Origin: Octopus vulgaris
Lineage: Eukaryota
Assembly: GCA_951406725.2 (NCBI GenBank)
Contig: OX597828.1
Span: forward strand, 8,680,001 to 8,744,000
Direction: 5' to 3'
DNA: 64,000 bases
Shown here: piece after piece, positions 41,424 through 56,108 of the stretch
Layout: each line of letters begins with the position of its first letter
Position numbering within the stretch: the stretch's first letter is position 1
Notes under the pieces: generated by a model
Seen by the model: only the letters and a program-made list of their open reading frames with translations
Databases searched by the model: none
What the model was told of the DNA's origin: nothing
Position numbers and translations under genes: made by a program

Positions 41424-41781
41424 GACATTATAAGAGATAATGGTGTCATTGAGACCCAAAGGTGTCGGGTAATGCTGAATGAGTGCTATAGACAGACCAT
41501 AGTTAAGTTCCAGATTCGGTAATATTGCGAATAAAGGCTCCAACTTTGGTTCTATGTCAGCGTGTGTATATATAAATTTTTTGCGTAATGAGATAAAAAA
41601 AACCCATGGCTGTATAGATATTAGAGCATTTATAGATAGAATGTCTTACAGCTGTTTCTAGAATATTAATTAATAATAATATCCCTTCATCGGAGACGGT
41701 GTGAGAGGAAAAATTAAGTCATAGTTAGTTTCGATGTGATATAAATAGAGAGAGAGGTGGAGAAAAGAAAATAGATGTAAG

Positions 41782-41822
<41 letters not shown>

Positions 41823-42817
41823 CGTGTACGTGTGTATACACACATAAAAAACAATAGATAGATAGACACATACAGACAGGCATATATGCACACAAGTAAC
41901 AATTTTTGTTTTGACTTGGGCATAAAACTATAGTGTGCATATTAACCGGTTTTTTTTTTACTTAATTTTCAACGTGACGTTGCAGGCAGAAATAGAAAAT
42001 GTTTAAATAGTGTAGGACTTTCGGAGACAAATAAGAGATAACGAGGAGAAATTGTTTGCAATTAATGATGACAACATCTGATGGCATTTCCTAATTAAAA
42101 GAAATTAGTAACCTTAATGGAATTCATTGAGAGGAATTGAATAAGCCGTTAACACTGACCTCATCAACTGGCATTAATAATTGCTGTGTATTAACAATAC
42201 CAGAGGTTCATTCAGGTTAACAGCATTTTCAATTTCTCAAGTAAATTAGTTGCATTACCGAAAAATGTTGACTTGTAGAATAGAAATCTTTGTTGACATT
42301 AAACTTTAAGTCTTTAAGTGTGTATTTATAGGTGCGATGTGGCGCCCTATCTTGTGGTCAAGCATGATGCAATTTAGTACTAAAACTGACTGGTTTGGCG
42401 ACGGATTATCTTATCAATGAGATTACAATACCTGAATTCATTGACATTATTTTAATCATGTATTACTGGTATTGATCAGTTATCTTGAACTCAAAACTTT
42501 CAGTTATTTTTATCAGGTGTTCCGTACAGTGGATGCGTTTTGAATGATGAAACATCAAATAGTTTAACATTGTCACTGATTATTTTCATTATTGAATATG
42601 TTATTGAAATTAGTAGACATACCTAAATTTATCCACGGCTGATTTTTCAGACTTAAATAAAACGAAATATTTTTTCAGAATTCGCCAACTGACTTAGATT
42701 ACTATTAATTACAATATATTTTAATGAGGAGTACGAATAACACCAAACACAGAAATAAAATGTTTTAGTGTATTTACTCCCTCATATTATTTTGTTTTTA
42801 TTATTACTTGATCCAGA

Positions 42818-43010
42818 AAGGCGGCGAGCTGACAGAAACGTCAGCCCGCCGGATAAAATGCCTAGCGGCATTTCGTCGTTTGGGTTCTGTGGTCGACTTC
42901 GTCTTTTATCCTTTTGAGGTCGATAAAATAAGTAACAATTAAACACTGGGGACGATTTAATGCACTTACCCCTCTCTCAAAATATTTGGCTTTGTGCAAA
43001 CATTTCAAAC
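42818..43010 (+). mobile_element. Nin/Deu-like tRNA SINE
   Basis: aaggcggcgagctgacagaaacg...ggtcgacttcgtcttttatcctttt. Confidence 0.75.
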
Positions 43011-44749
43011 CGTTTTACTCGATCCATTGACAGAAGAAAGTCAGTTGTGCGCCGACAAGTTTGACATCCTGTAGCTCTCTTCCAGGTTCTCTTTAGTTTT
43101 CACACTCACACATAACTTATTACGCACTCGACTAGCAGAATCTTTAACGTGTCAAACAAGCGCAAGGGGGAAACTGAATAAATTATTTGCATTGTGCGTT
43201 CAAATCACAACAATAAACTGGATGTACATTGATAAAATCTCTGAAATCATAATAGTTTATTCTATATAGGATTCTCAGCCTTGACATTAGGAATGGAATA
43301 CAACAAATTATCAATGCAGAACAAAGTAAATTCCAGAGATATTTTACTATACATCGTCATCCTTCAAGTAGCAGCCAAATCTTTCTTAAATCACACCTTA
43401 CGTTCTTAAAGGGAAACAGTTTTGATAACGTAATCCCAGATTAGCATTGTCTGACGTAAAGGAATTATTTATGATAGATTCATTTTACCAGACTAAAAAT
43501 GTTTCTTAATAGGTGTTAACTAGTAGCTTCCATTTGATAGGCCAATATACTAGAGACAAGAGGCATATGACCTTGAAATTTGGAGACAGCATTCTGCACT
43601 TTGATAAGCACAAATACTGGATGATAATGATTTACATTTTTGCTCTAAAGGATGATAAATCATGGCTTTTCGGCGTTGAATGAGTCTCTTCGTCCTCACC
43701 CGAATCGAACGCTACCGTCATGGCAAGGTTAAAATTGCATACAATCTTAAAAAATAGTTGCGGGATGACGTTATTTGCAATTTTTTTTCTAAAATAGTCA
43801 CAACCTAGTTAATTACATCAGAAGCCTACAATAATATTTTAGTTAAGCGTTGATTAAATATAATACATTATAGCTGATCGGTAGACCTACAAAAGGGTAA
43901 TAATATGTCTTCTATTTTCATCTAGCGTTGAAATCATGCATCTTCTTTCATTTTCATCTTTCCAGGATTGATCTAATAAATGTTAACTGGGTACACAGAT
44001 CGAGCATATGTTTTGATCTGAAGCAATTATAAAAATGAACTTAGAAACACTAACGAGATTTGCTAAACAATTTGGTGAGTTGAGAATGGAAGAAGTCGAC
44101 TGAATATTTTGATGACTTAATTGTTTTCCACTATTTTATATTATTCAGCTGTTTATAATCATCACAAAATGACGGTGTTGCACAACGAAGATGTAAATTC
44201 TTAGCTCTTGAGTTTTAGGACAAAGCTCCGATCTGAGACATACATTTCGTAAGAATATTTGTTGGTTTCTGTGATTCATTAATTCTTAAACATCTTTAAT
44301 ACTTTCCATGGTCAAAACCTTTAAATGGTGCTTACCTCCAAAAGTATTACCGAGAGCAGCCTTGCTAGAAACAACAAGACATCTAAGGAGGATGTCAGGA
44401 GATGGAATACCTAAAGGCTTTTTGGCCATTGAGGATGGTCCTCTCTTTTGATATAGTGTCGGTATAACATCTGCCAGGGGAAAAGCCACAATGAAAACAA
44501 CAACAGCAGAAACAACAAATTTGAACTCGGAACGCCGCCTAGCACTTTGACTGGCGTGCTAATGATTCTAGAATCTCGCCACCTTAATGACAATAATAAC
44601 AACAATAATCTTTTCTTTATTAATCATATATGCCAATCATAAAACTGAAAATAGGACGTTACAAAACAGCGGTTAAGTGGGGATTAGATCAAAAGATGCG
44701 TGCATTATAATAAAACTATAACAATTAAAACAGTTTAAACAGCAATACC

Positions 44750-45920
44750 CGAAAAGGGGGCAGTTTCAACGGAGCCAATCAAAGCATCCCGCATGTTCAA
44801 TTCAGTCTCAATCACCAAAGGCAACCCAGGCAGGTACCTCTCGCAACTTCACCACCGACCTACAAGAGCATGTCCAGAGTAGGCCCATTCACACACGTCA
44901 TCCTCACCTCATTCATCCACCTGCCTCTACAAAGGCAGCAGGCTCATCGACTCTCGGTTAATCGTTGCCACAGTCAGCGCTTCGTATGGTCTTTTGTTTG
45001 TGCTAAATTCCTCGATTTCTGCGATATTCTGGTGATGTCTTCCGCGGATACGAATCTTCTGCATTCTACTCCTCAAAGGATGCCCCTCAAAACATCTAGC
45101 TTTCTTACCAATGGCTAGAGCAAACACGTACAGTAGTGTTAAGACTGTACATCCTTGAGGGACTGAACGCGTGGTATTAAACGATTGCAGTAAGTAGCTG
45201 TTTATTCTCATCAACGAATAGATGTCTCAGTACTTTGCTGCAAACCAACCTCTAAAAACAAGACCGAACCAAACTATCGTAAGGACAGTATTCTTGTATT
45301 AGCTATCGATCCTATCAGAAACTTTTGTTTGATCCACATTGATCAGGAACCGCTCTATGTGAGATTCCTTACCTTCCTATATAACGCATGAGTTGAAGGC
45401 TTTCAAAGATCCATCTGTCTGAAGTGCATACCTTACCCGTGCCTCACCGACCAGTTTAATGATGATAAGCACTAACATTTTGGCTAAAACCTTGGCGAAA
45501 ATCTTGTAATCTGCATTCGGCAGAGTTAGGGAGTCTGCAATTATCAGTCTGCTCCCCTTGTTCAGGACCTTTCTCAGCAGAATCACCACACCACGTTTCG
45601 CGGCAGTCCTGGATCACCAGGGTCTTGGTCTCAAATAAGACTTGAACACCGCGGATCTGCCTTGCCCTCCATAAATGCCCAATGTCGTGCCATATATCGT
45701 GTAAGGCTTTATCAATTTAGAGGCACGTGACAGTATGCAGACTCCTAGATTTGAGGTTGAATCATCTGAATGCCATTATTTTCGAGCTGGGAGCAGCTGG
45801 AGTCGCAAGAGATTGGGCGCAAACTCTGCTCAGTCCTCCTCTCAATGTTTTGTAAATCTAGCCACATCAGTCAATTTTGAGGCTTTATCCCTGCAAGAGA
45901 GAGCAAAAATCCTCTTTATG
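44750..45920 (-). pseudogene. Decayed L1/Tx1-clade reverse transcriptase
   Basis: LTLPNADYKIFAKVLAK, INVDQTKVSDRI, RSVPQGCTVLTLLYVFAL, FVSAEDIT (YADD region), ATINRE. Confidence 0.8.
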
Positions 45921-47367
45921 GCGGCTACGTCCGCGGAAAGACATTACTATTGTTGCTGGTGTTCTTACAGCTTTTGCTCCATCTCGAACTGCTACCGTTG
46001 TTACTGCTGTCTTCTTCCACTTTCATATTACTATTGATGGTATCTCTCGCTGTTGCCGCTACTAACGTCGTCACAGTTGCTGTCAATGCTGCTTCTACCG
46101 CTACTGTTGTCGCTGCTACTTCTGTTGCCTTTGACGCCGTCAATGCTATTAACAGCTTCTGTGATCGTCACACTCTCCATTCGGTAAGCGAGATGGATTT
46201 TGTGCTGTAACCATCTGCATTATTTCCTCACCATACTTTCACACACATTGCTTTCAATAATGCTATTGTTCTTTCCGCCAGCCTCACTAATCGTCTTACT
46301 CGATTTTTTCTCTTTCTTAAACTTTGATGACATTGTATTTTATTTTTGAAATCATTAGCTTGAGCGTTAATTTTTCAAATTAGATGAAAGCAAACTGTCG
46401 AAAATGTTTACACATGCATTTGTAAATTTAAAAAAAAATCCAAGTCGGTGCTCCAGCATGGCCACAGTCAAGTCACTGAAACAAGTAAAAGAATAAAAAG
46501 AATAAAATAATTTGAGAAGCATACAGGTTTGTAGAAGCCTCTTGAAACGAATAAGTTTCGTTATAAGGCGGTTGAAAACCGTGGACACTCAACATTTCTT
46601 AAATGTTTAAGACATACGAATATATTCAAATATATCAGGATAATTTTATACTGTTCATTGTATCAATAAGGAAGTGATGGAAACTCAATTCATTCTCGGA
46701 AGTACATGCAGTCAGGAGTGAGAGGGTCGATAGAAGATTATACAAGTGATACAACGGACAAAAAAAAAAGCTTAGTTTCAGAACACAGCATAAATATGTG
46801 CATGTAAATATGTATAGTCATGTGTGCAAATGTGTATGGGTGTATGAGCTCGTATGTGCACAGACACATTGGAAATTTCTCTGTGTTGTATGTACCTTAT
46901 TTCATCTTAACCGACTGTATAATCGGTGTTCTTTACCAATTACTAGGACTTTTCTACTCATTGGACAATTCTACCTGTACAAAATCTCTTTAGTTTCGAA
47001 TTTTACTTTAAAATTCACACTCCTCAACGAAATACTTTCCCACATTCTTTCACACTTTGCTTCTGCAATTCCTCATACTGAAATAATTTTTCCAGCTTGC
47101 CTATGTCATACGCTACTTAAACTACATTATTCCCAATACGTATTCATATCCTCGCATAAACCTTTCACAATATAGACCTTTCAATTTTCACAGGCAAGAG
47201 TATCTCCCATTTCATTTTCAGGGTCACCATTCTTCTGTATACATGCGTTACCAAGACTTGCATGTATATTGTTCCTTTATGTATGTTATAAGAGGACTAA
47301 AGATACATTCATAGGCATTTGCTTACAGCTCTCTTTATATTACAATATCCGGCCTAGCGCCTAAGTC

Positions 47368-47830
47368 GGAGAGCTGGCAGAAATTTTAGCATGCCAGGCG
47401 AAATGCTTAGCATTATTTCGTTTGTCAAGGCAGTGAGCTGGCAGAAACGTTAGCACGCCGGTCGAAATGCGTAGCCGTATTTCGTCTGCCGTTACGTTCT
47501 GAGTTCAAATTCGGCCGAGGTTGACTTTGCCTTTCATCATTTCGGGGTCGATAAATTAAGTACCAGTTACGCACTGGAGTCGATATAACCGATTTAAACC
47601 GTCTGTCTGTCCTTGTTTGCCCTCTCTGTGTTTAGCCCCTTGTGGGTAGTAAAGAAATAGGTATTTCGTTTGTCTTTACTTCATAGTTCAAGTTCCGGCG
47701 ATGTCGACTTTGCCTTTCATACTTTAGGGGACGATAAATTAACTATCAGTTGTATACTGGGGTCGATCTAATCAACTAGCCTTCTTTCCCAAAATATCTG
47801 GCCTTGTGCCTAGAGTAGAAAAGGATATTC
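47368..47830 (+). mobile_element. Nin-like SINE (47427-47661) nested in an older copy of the same family
   Basis: 13 bp target duplication tatttcgtttgtc at 47414-47426 and 47662-47674; the outer copy resumes afterwards. Confidence 0.88.
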
Positions 47831-48599
47831 GGTCTAGCGTCTAAGCATCTATCCTTTTACGCCCTCCTTGCCTACATGTTTTTTTTATTTATCCACTTAA
47901 GCAGTCTCTAAGCTTCTCTTGTATTTTCATTTTGTTTTTAAATACAGGCTCTCCCACCTCTTTCTATTAATGTGTGTATGGGGGGTGCAACCCATAAACA
48001 GCAGAATGTAATGAGAGGTGAATGTATTCATTTAACCACTTGAGTACTGCCGTTTCCCAGCCTTTTCATGTGGCAATAATTTCAGTGTGAACGAGGTTAT
48101 GCTTACATATTTGCATTAGCATGTATGCTCTGCAACATAGAAACCAATAGTATGTCCACAAATCAATGTTTATAACGGAAGCTGCTTCATCTAAACGTCA
48201 AAAAATCATAGTTACAGCAATGATTCAACTCAAACCACATGATTCACTGAGCTCGTATCTTGTATTACAGATTTAAATATGTCTATATATATATATATAT
48301 ATATATATCATCTGTAAAAAAAACATAAATCTGAAAGAAGACACACACTCTAAAATGTAGAACAGTATATGTTCAAAATGGGGAATAACCTTAGGTTTCC
48401 AGTCCATTGGGGGTTTAGCTTTATGCCGTATATTCAGATCCCCAAAACCAGTTAGCCCGAGACCTTGGACCAACAGGATTTTGACATCTGACGATACTGC
48501 ATAAAGCTGAACCCTTAATAGACGTGAAACCGAAGGTAATCCCATAAACTGGCCTTTTCCATTATATATATATATATATATACACACATATAGGAAGAG

Positions 48600-48780
48600 T
48601 TTACAAAAAAAAAAAAAAACAAGAGACGAAGACAGGTGGTGTAAAAAACAAACACATGTATTAGTATAACGATCAGGAATAGAAAAAGTCTTTTACGTTT
48701 CGAGCCTAAGCTCTTCTACAGAAAGGGACACAGAAAAAACAAGGAGAGAAAAACATGTGTGTAATGGCTAGCGATCTATC
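48600..48780 (-). mobile_element. Second copy of the 2520-2695 repeat; hammerhead-like motif at 48690-48725
   Basis: Minus CTTT CTGTAGA A GAGC ttag GCTC GAAA CG TA AAAG. Confidence 0.7.
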
Positions 48781-48791
48781 ATATATATATA

Positions 48792-48852
48792 TAATATAAT
48801 ATAATATAATATAATATAATATAATATAATATAATATAATATAATGTAATAT
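48792..48852. repeat. (ATAAT)n pentanucleotide repeat
   Basis: Direct. Confidence 0.9.
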
Positions 48853-49454
48853 AAGCAGAAAATGAAGAAAACAATTCATCAAACAAATTGACTATCATTG
48901 GTTAATTTTTATTATTTTTTTTAAATACAAAACTTTAGCATTGCTAACAGCCGTTTCTGCTACCAATGTCAGTCGATGCCTCCAAATAAAACTATGAGAA
49001 TAATATTCGTCATCTTCATAGCACATCCGATCTTGTAAATGGAGCTTCATCAAAGTGAATGCATATACATAAAAGAAGAGAAGAGGCAAGAGGAAAGAAC
49101 AGGGCCTCGACATGAAAGAAGGTTTAATAAATTAGAATCATACCATTTTGTAGTGTAAAGCTTGAAGCCGATAGGCAAATAGATAAGAAATAAGCTAGTA
49201 AAACAATTGGTGGATTAATCTTTCTTTAGGGGTACCAGGGCTTATAAATGATATGAAAATAAAACTAGTACCTAAGTATAACAGGATTCGCCAAGAAGTC
49301 TAGAAAAAATATATATATATACGAAATGAGGAGTAGATAGACAGCCGACAACTGATGAAGGGTCCTTTCTCTGTGTTTACTTGTGCTGTTTTCCATTTTA
49401 TCTCATTGTTTACGTACTTCATGTTATTCACACCGCTAGTGATGTCCTGTAGCC

Positions 49455-49497
<43 letters not shown>

Positions 49498-49580
49498 CTA
49501 TTTATTGTCCTATAGTATATATTTATATATATATACTGTAGTCTTATATGTATATATATTATTTACTATTTGTCCTATAG

Positions 49581-49648
<68 letters not shown>

Positions 49649-50928
49649 TGTATGTATGTTTGTATGCGTGTGTTTGTATGTTTTGTATGCATGTGTGCGT
49701 GTGTGTATGTGTGTGTGTGTGTGTGTGTGTAAATATATATCGGGAATGGAATGTGCAATGTATAACGATTCCCTGTCATTGGCATATTTGGTTTGAAGGC
49801 ATTTCAGTCTATTCACACTTCTCTCTCTGTTCAGTGACGATATTTCAAAAATCATTTGTCATCTTCATAGCACATCCGATCTTGTAAATGGAGCATCATC
49901 AGAGAGGATTACTCTTTTTGAACTATAGTGAGAAACATCTCCTAACCGTACTCATTTTCACTTATACTAGTGAATATAACAAAAACATTTCAAACGAACT
50001 GTCACATCGCAGTATAAAGAAAAATGCGTATTAGCATATATTGCAAGTTTTAGATTCTAAGAGCAAATTAGAACGCATTATTTTCGAAATGAATAGGAAT
50101 TAACAAAAATACATAATTCAATTAATATGTATGAATAAAGACGAGAATATTTTTGAATGATAAAAAGATAATGCATATATTCAACCTACACACATTAACT
50201 TCTATATTTAAAATTACATCAATTTCTATAGATAAACGTATTTATTGAACCATTTGTTTCCGAATTATTGGCTTCCTTCCATTTATGAGATGTGGTGATC
50301 ATCAGCAAAAATTCTACCTATTGATAACAGGTTAGTATTATAATATTGTCTCCAGAATGATTGGCACTGATCCAGATTCAAGTAGGATTATCATACAACC
50401 ATATTTTCATGACCAGAAGTCGTTTAATGTTGCAGCTGAAACTGGAAAAATTCCAACATTGAATACCATCAAATTTATGATTCATTCCCTAATGTTTTAT
50501 AGCAGTATTAACAAACTATCAATGTTTTAATTTTATAAACCACTGAATGAGAACTTGATGAATTCTTGGACAGAGGGGAGAATTGTCTGCCTCTCATCAG
50601 AGGAATAATTTCAAATGTATATTTTATGTAAGGTTTCATCATGTATACAAGAACATAGAAAATAATTGCAATAAAATATTGTATATATATCGAAATATCA
50701 AGAGATAAAAGAGCTACCTACGCACGTTTTATAGTTGGTTGTAAAAATTACCGCCTTACGTATACATGTGTGTGTGTGCATATATCTATATATACGAGCA
50801 CACATACCAATACATATAGTGTGTGTGTACGTAGACTATATTTTGAATATGACTGTATGTATAAATTACATATATGCATATATTATATACATATATATAT
50901 ATGCGTGTATATATATATATATACATAC

Positions 50929-50959
<31 letters not shown>

Positions 50960-51317
50960 CATATACATGTATATATATATGTATCTATATATATGTATAT
51001 ATATGCACAATGCTTTATATATCGTTATAAATGAAATTAACATTCCAGTGACACCGTCTACATCATTCCTACGTAAACACAGTAAGAGACAACACACACA
51101 CAAGCAATTACATATACACACGTATACGTATACGCCCACACGTGCGTGTGTCCATCAGTTATAATTATGTATTGATGTTTGTATGTTCTTCAAATATGTT
51201 GACATGAACTCAACTAGAGGAGTTTAATTATAACTACTTAAGGCACGTTAATGTCTCATTTACATATAAGTCAATAATCTGAGAGACATTCTGCCGTCCA
51301 TTTCTCTTTACACGTGC

Positions 51318-51319
<2 letters not shown>

Positions 51320-51397
<78 letters not shown>

Positions 51398-51453
51398 ATA
51401 TCTATCTATCTACCTATCTATATATCTATCTATCTATATCTATCTATCTATCA

Positions 51454-51535
<82 letters not shown>

Positions 51536-51536
51536 G

Positions 51537-51607
<71 letters not shown>

Positions 51608-51690
51608 ATCTATCTATCTATCTATCTATGTATATATATATATCTATCTATCCATCTATCTATCTATCTATATATATTTATATATATATT

Positions 51691-51721
<31 letters not shown>

Positions 51722-51756
51722 TTCTCTCTCTCTCTTTTTCTCTCTCTCTCTTTCTA

Positions 51757-51788
<32 letters not shown>

Positions 51789-51850
51789 TACAAACATACA
51801 TATATAAACAAGGAGAGAGAGAGGGGGATAGATAGATAGATAGATAGAAA
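51320..51850. repeat. Long (TCTA)n tract followed by (CT)n and (GATA)n
   Basis: Direct. Confidence 0.95.
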
Positions 51851-51902
51851 TATATATATGCATATATACATATATACATATGTATATATATACATTCAAA
51901 TA

Positions 51903-52056
51903 AGCGCAGGAGTTGCTGTTTGGTAAGAAGCTGGCTACGTGACCACATTTTTTCGGATCTAGTCCCGCTGCGTGCAACTTGGACACGTTTCTTCTACTAT
52001 ACCCTCGGGCTGGCCGAAAACTTGTGAGACGTTTTGGGAAAGGGAAACTGAATGTA

Positions 52057-52058
<2 letters not shown>
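51903..52058 (+). mobile_element. 5' half of an OR-like SINE
   Basis: gcgcaggagttgctgtttggtaagaag...cttctactata..ctcgggctggcc. Confidence 0.7.
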
Positions 52059-52103
<45 letters not shown>

Positions 52104-52216
52104 CAGAGAGAGAGAGATGAGGATAAGGAGAGAGATGTATATATACATTCACATACACCTATGTAAATACATGCATACATGCATGCATACAAATACATAT
52201 ATATACATACATATAC

Positions 52217-52262
<46 letters not shown>

Positions 52263-52363
52263 GTATATATATATGTATACATACATATACATACATATAC
52301 ATACATATACATAAGTATGGCCACAGCTCGTGAGCTGAAACTAGATAAAATAAAATAAGATAA

Positions 52364-52427
<64 letters not shown>

Positions 52428-55304
52428 GTACTGTTCAGAAGTTTGTGAATATATGTTAATACGTTGCAATGGATCAAATGTTTTATGGTTGTATTTAATG
52501 CGTTCATTGTAAGTATTGAGGCACAATCTATTTTTATGGAGTGTTAAACGTATTTGATTTTGCAGAAATATCTTAGTTAAGCGGTAATGTTTTGTTATAT
52601 CTTTAGATTATTTTGTGCTAGTATTCTCGAATTTGTTTAAAATTTTATCTCTGTGGATTTCGGAATATATCAACACAAGTATTTTCTAATTTTTAGAAAT
52701 TTTAACAATGTTTAAATTGTTCAGCTGTACTTGAAGAAAATTCGGATAATAAATAGACTCACAAAAATATCTTTGTATTTCCTTTATATGTTAAAATTTG
52801 ACGGTGTGTATCTTTCCGATTAAACAAAAACGCATACACGAAAGAATTCCTTGAATGATTTGGAGGCAGAATTACTGAATTTGGATAAACGTCAGGAAAA
52901 TCCAGACGGAAACTCTGTTATATTAGACTCGCATTGTAATAGTTATACATAGATTAAGCAATAAAATTACCAAATCTAAATGATAGTGCTTTGACGGTTT
53001 AATTTAGGTTACTTTTAAATATTTTTGCAATAACCTTGTGCAAACAAGGTCTAATTGCAACGATTTCTATCATAATTATTTTAAGATGGAATGTGTTCAA
53101 ATACATTTGAAGCCGACTTTTGCATTTCATAACTTTTAGGCCGATGAAACAAGTACCATTCATGTACGAAAGTGGGGTGGAGGATGTAATCGACTAACCT
53201 CATTTCTCCCAAATTTCAGGCCTTGTACAGATAGTAAAAAGGGTTATTTCTGATGGATTAAGTCTGCGTTCTGTTAGAATCGTTAGCACACCGAGTTAAA
53301 TGCTTAGCAACACGTACGAACATTTAGGACTAATATATTTCGAATCCCATTTAAACAGACTTAATGCAATGAAACTTCTGATCATATTAACTCATTTTCA
53401 TGCATTTCTTGTTATTATTATTTAAGAAAAATGAGTGTATTTTGCAGATGAAATTCGAAAGTGTATATCTTTGTTTGTAAAGCAAGCGCTATATTTTGAA
53501 TGCTTTTATGAGTTCTATGCTTTCCTGGTGATAAGTATTTACGTTTTTCAAATAATGATCCCTAGATAGAGATGTTGAATGTTTATTTTACGACTTAACT
53601 TGAAGGTAAATGGTGACAGATGTGGCATTTATGCAGGATGTTAAACACGAAAAGAAATCAAAATCGAGCTGGAACAAATATCGAAATTCAGCAACAACCA
53701 GAATGAAGAGAAACCTGTTATAATAGTACGTTCTCCACTTGACTCCAAGACCACAGCTTTCAGTGAGGCAGATTTTGAGTCCTGCTACTTTAGAGAAATA
53801 GAGAAAGTCAAAACTGCGTTCATTAACATGCACATCGCCTCTACTGTCTTTTTCAGCTAAAAAATAACTTACACGAAAAAGTAACGATCACATGCTATGA
53901 ACAATTATCATCAAATGACTGGTGTGATGTTCGATTATACCTTAGTGAATCGGAAGGCTTTTTGTTGTATATCCCGAGGCAATTGTCAATGAATGAATAC
54001 GTTTACATTCATCTTTATTTTCTACTCCATTATACCATTTTAATTGCTGCGGTATTATTCCTCATTCTGAAAGTGTAGATTGTTTTAATTCCGTGTTTCT
54101 TCCATCTGAGGTTTATAGATCTCTTTTGGCAGGGTTAATGTGTCTGAAATGTGTTGAGGGAATTGTCGAAATCGGTTTTGCAGGCTTTCATTGTGATTAA
54201 AGTTGATTTTGTTTTTTTAGCATTTTAATTTGTCTTCGAAGCTGCATTTTATGGGCATGTCATGTGCTACCGCATTGATTTATTTGTATCTATAGCTGTT
54301 AGAATTTTTCTGAGGGAATTTAAAACGATATTGCGAAAAAAATTTTAAATCATTTTTGTACATTTAGGAAACTTTTATAAGTTCTTTATTTTGTAGATAG
54401 ATTTGAAGAAATAGACAATATGTCCAGTGATATCCAGAATTATAGTGCATGAATAATATCATCTAATAATGAGCGACAAGGAACAGCGTTTCTCCTAATT
54501 AAAACTATTATCAATGAAAAGTAAATGCATGGAAGAGAAGTAAAACATTTGATTATACCAATATAATCAAAAATTAACATCTAATGTATATATAGAGGAT
54601 TCACTGGACATCCATGCATATACTTTATGCACTAACAATAACAGCCGTTTCTTTGATCTCCAACGAGAAATTAATAATTTTCTCAATAATAAGCAATGAA
54701 TAAGCAGAAATGATACGTAACCAATCGTATGTAAAAGGCACTGAGTGCAAATGAAACAAACTACTACAGTTTCTATTTTACAGCATATTTTTCGACATCA
54801 TCCAACATCAAATCCAACACGATATAAGGAACAACGAAGAGAAAATAAAATAAGAAGAAAACATTTCAACATGAGTAAACATGTTCTCATCCTACAAATG
54901 ACGATTAAAGTACGCGTTTAAGAATCAGGAATAGGCATTACGGATCACATGAGTACACAGGAGTTATTTAAAATGGTTTCCATGATCACTTTCAGTAATA
55001 AATTATACTTCTATTTGCACTTACACTTAAGCGCAATGGATGTACAAACACAAACACGGATGCACTCGTGTAAATATACGCAAATGAGCGACTATATATG
55101 TTTGCATGTCTGTTTTATGTATGTATATATGTGTGTGTGTGTGTTTGTGTGCGTGTGTAGGTATGTGTATATATGTATGTGTGTATATATTTATATATAT
55201 ATATGTATATCTATCTATCTATGTATTTATCTATCTATGTATGTATTTATCTATTTAGAAGAGTATATAGTAATATATACTCTGGCAGAAAATACATAGT
55301 AATA

Positions 55305-55455
55305 CCCAGCTACATTTCGTCTGTCTTTACGTTCCGAGTTCAAATTCCGCCGAGGTTCACATTGCTTTTCATCGTTTCAGCGTCGGTAACATAAGTACCA
55401 CGTAAATACTGAGCTCGATGTAATCGAATTACCTCCTGCCTGAAAATCTTGGTCT
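55305..55455 (+). mobile_element. Partial Nin-like SINE
   Basis: atttcgtctgtctttacgttccgagttcaaattccgccgaggt. Confidence 0.7.
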
Positions 55456-55960
55456 TCAAACCAATAATTCCTTCGAAACTCGCAATTGCTACTCCCTGAA
55501 TATCATATGTAAAATCTTATGGTTTTCTCTCTTTTTATAGAAAAGTATTTGCCTTCAAAACAAATTCCTTAATATTTATATCGAGCATAGTTTCGGGAGC
55601 TGTGTTCCTATATTCAAGTCTAACCTACTGAATTAATCGTGATTGGCTCAAGATATTTAATAATACCGAAACACGTTGTTTTACATTTTGTCTTTTAAAG
55701 TCATAAGATTGGAATTAAATACTATCCTTGCTGTTTTTCTTTCTAAAAGAGCTCGAGAGGGATATTTTTTCCTACTAAATGCTTCGATAATGTCAAGTAA
55801 TTCCAAATTTCTCACACGTTTGCATACGTGAAACTCAAACGGTTAGAAAAAGAAAAATACAAACTCATTTATATCTAAGACTATGTTATGATAAATAATT
55901 TACATCTATACCACAGAATTAAACACTATATACATATATATATATATATATATGTGTGTG

Positions 55961-55994
<34 letters not shown>

Positions 55995-56074
55995 TGTATG
56001 TATCTATCTATCTATCTATCTATCTATATATAGATATATATATATGTATATATGTATGTATGTATCTATCTATC

Positions 56075-56108
<34 letters not shown>

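Noticed and set aside
44286-44489. 67 aa minus ORF, possible LINE 3' remnant
   Set aside because: No diagnostic motif
45925-46210. Ala/Thr/Val-rich ORFs
   Set aside because: Decayed (GCT/GTT)n low-complexity sequence
53600-53860. Open frame KPVIIVRSPLDS.., faintly like a LINE AP endonuclease
   Set aside because: YRPP and GDFN motifs not preserved; too weak to call
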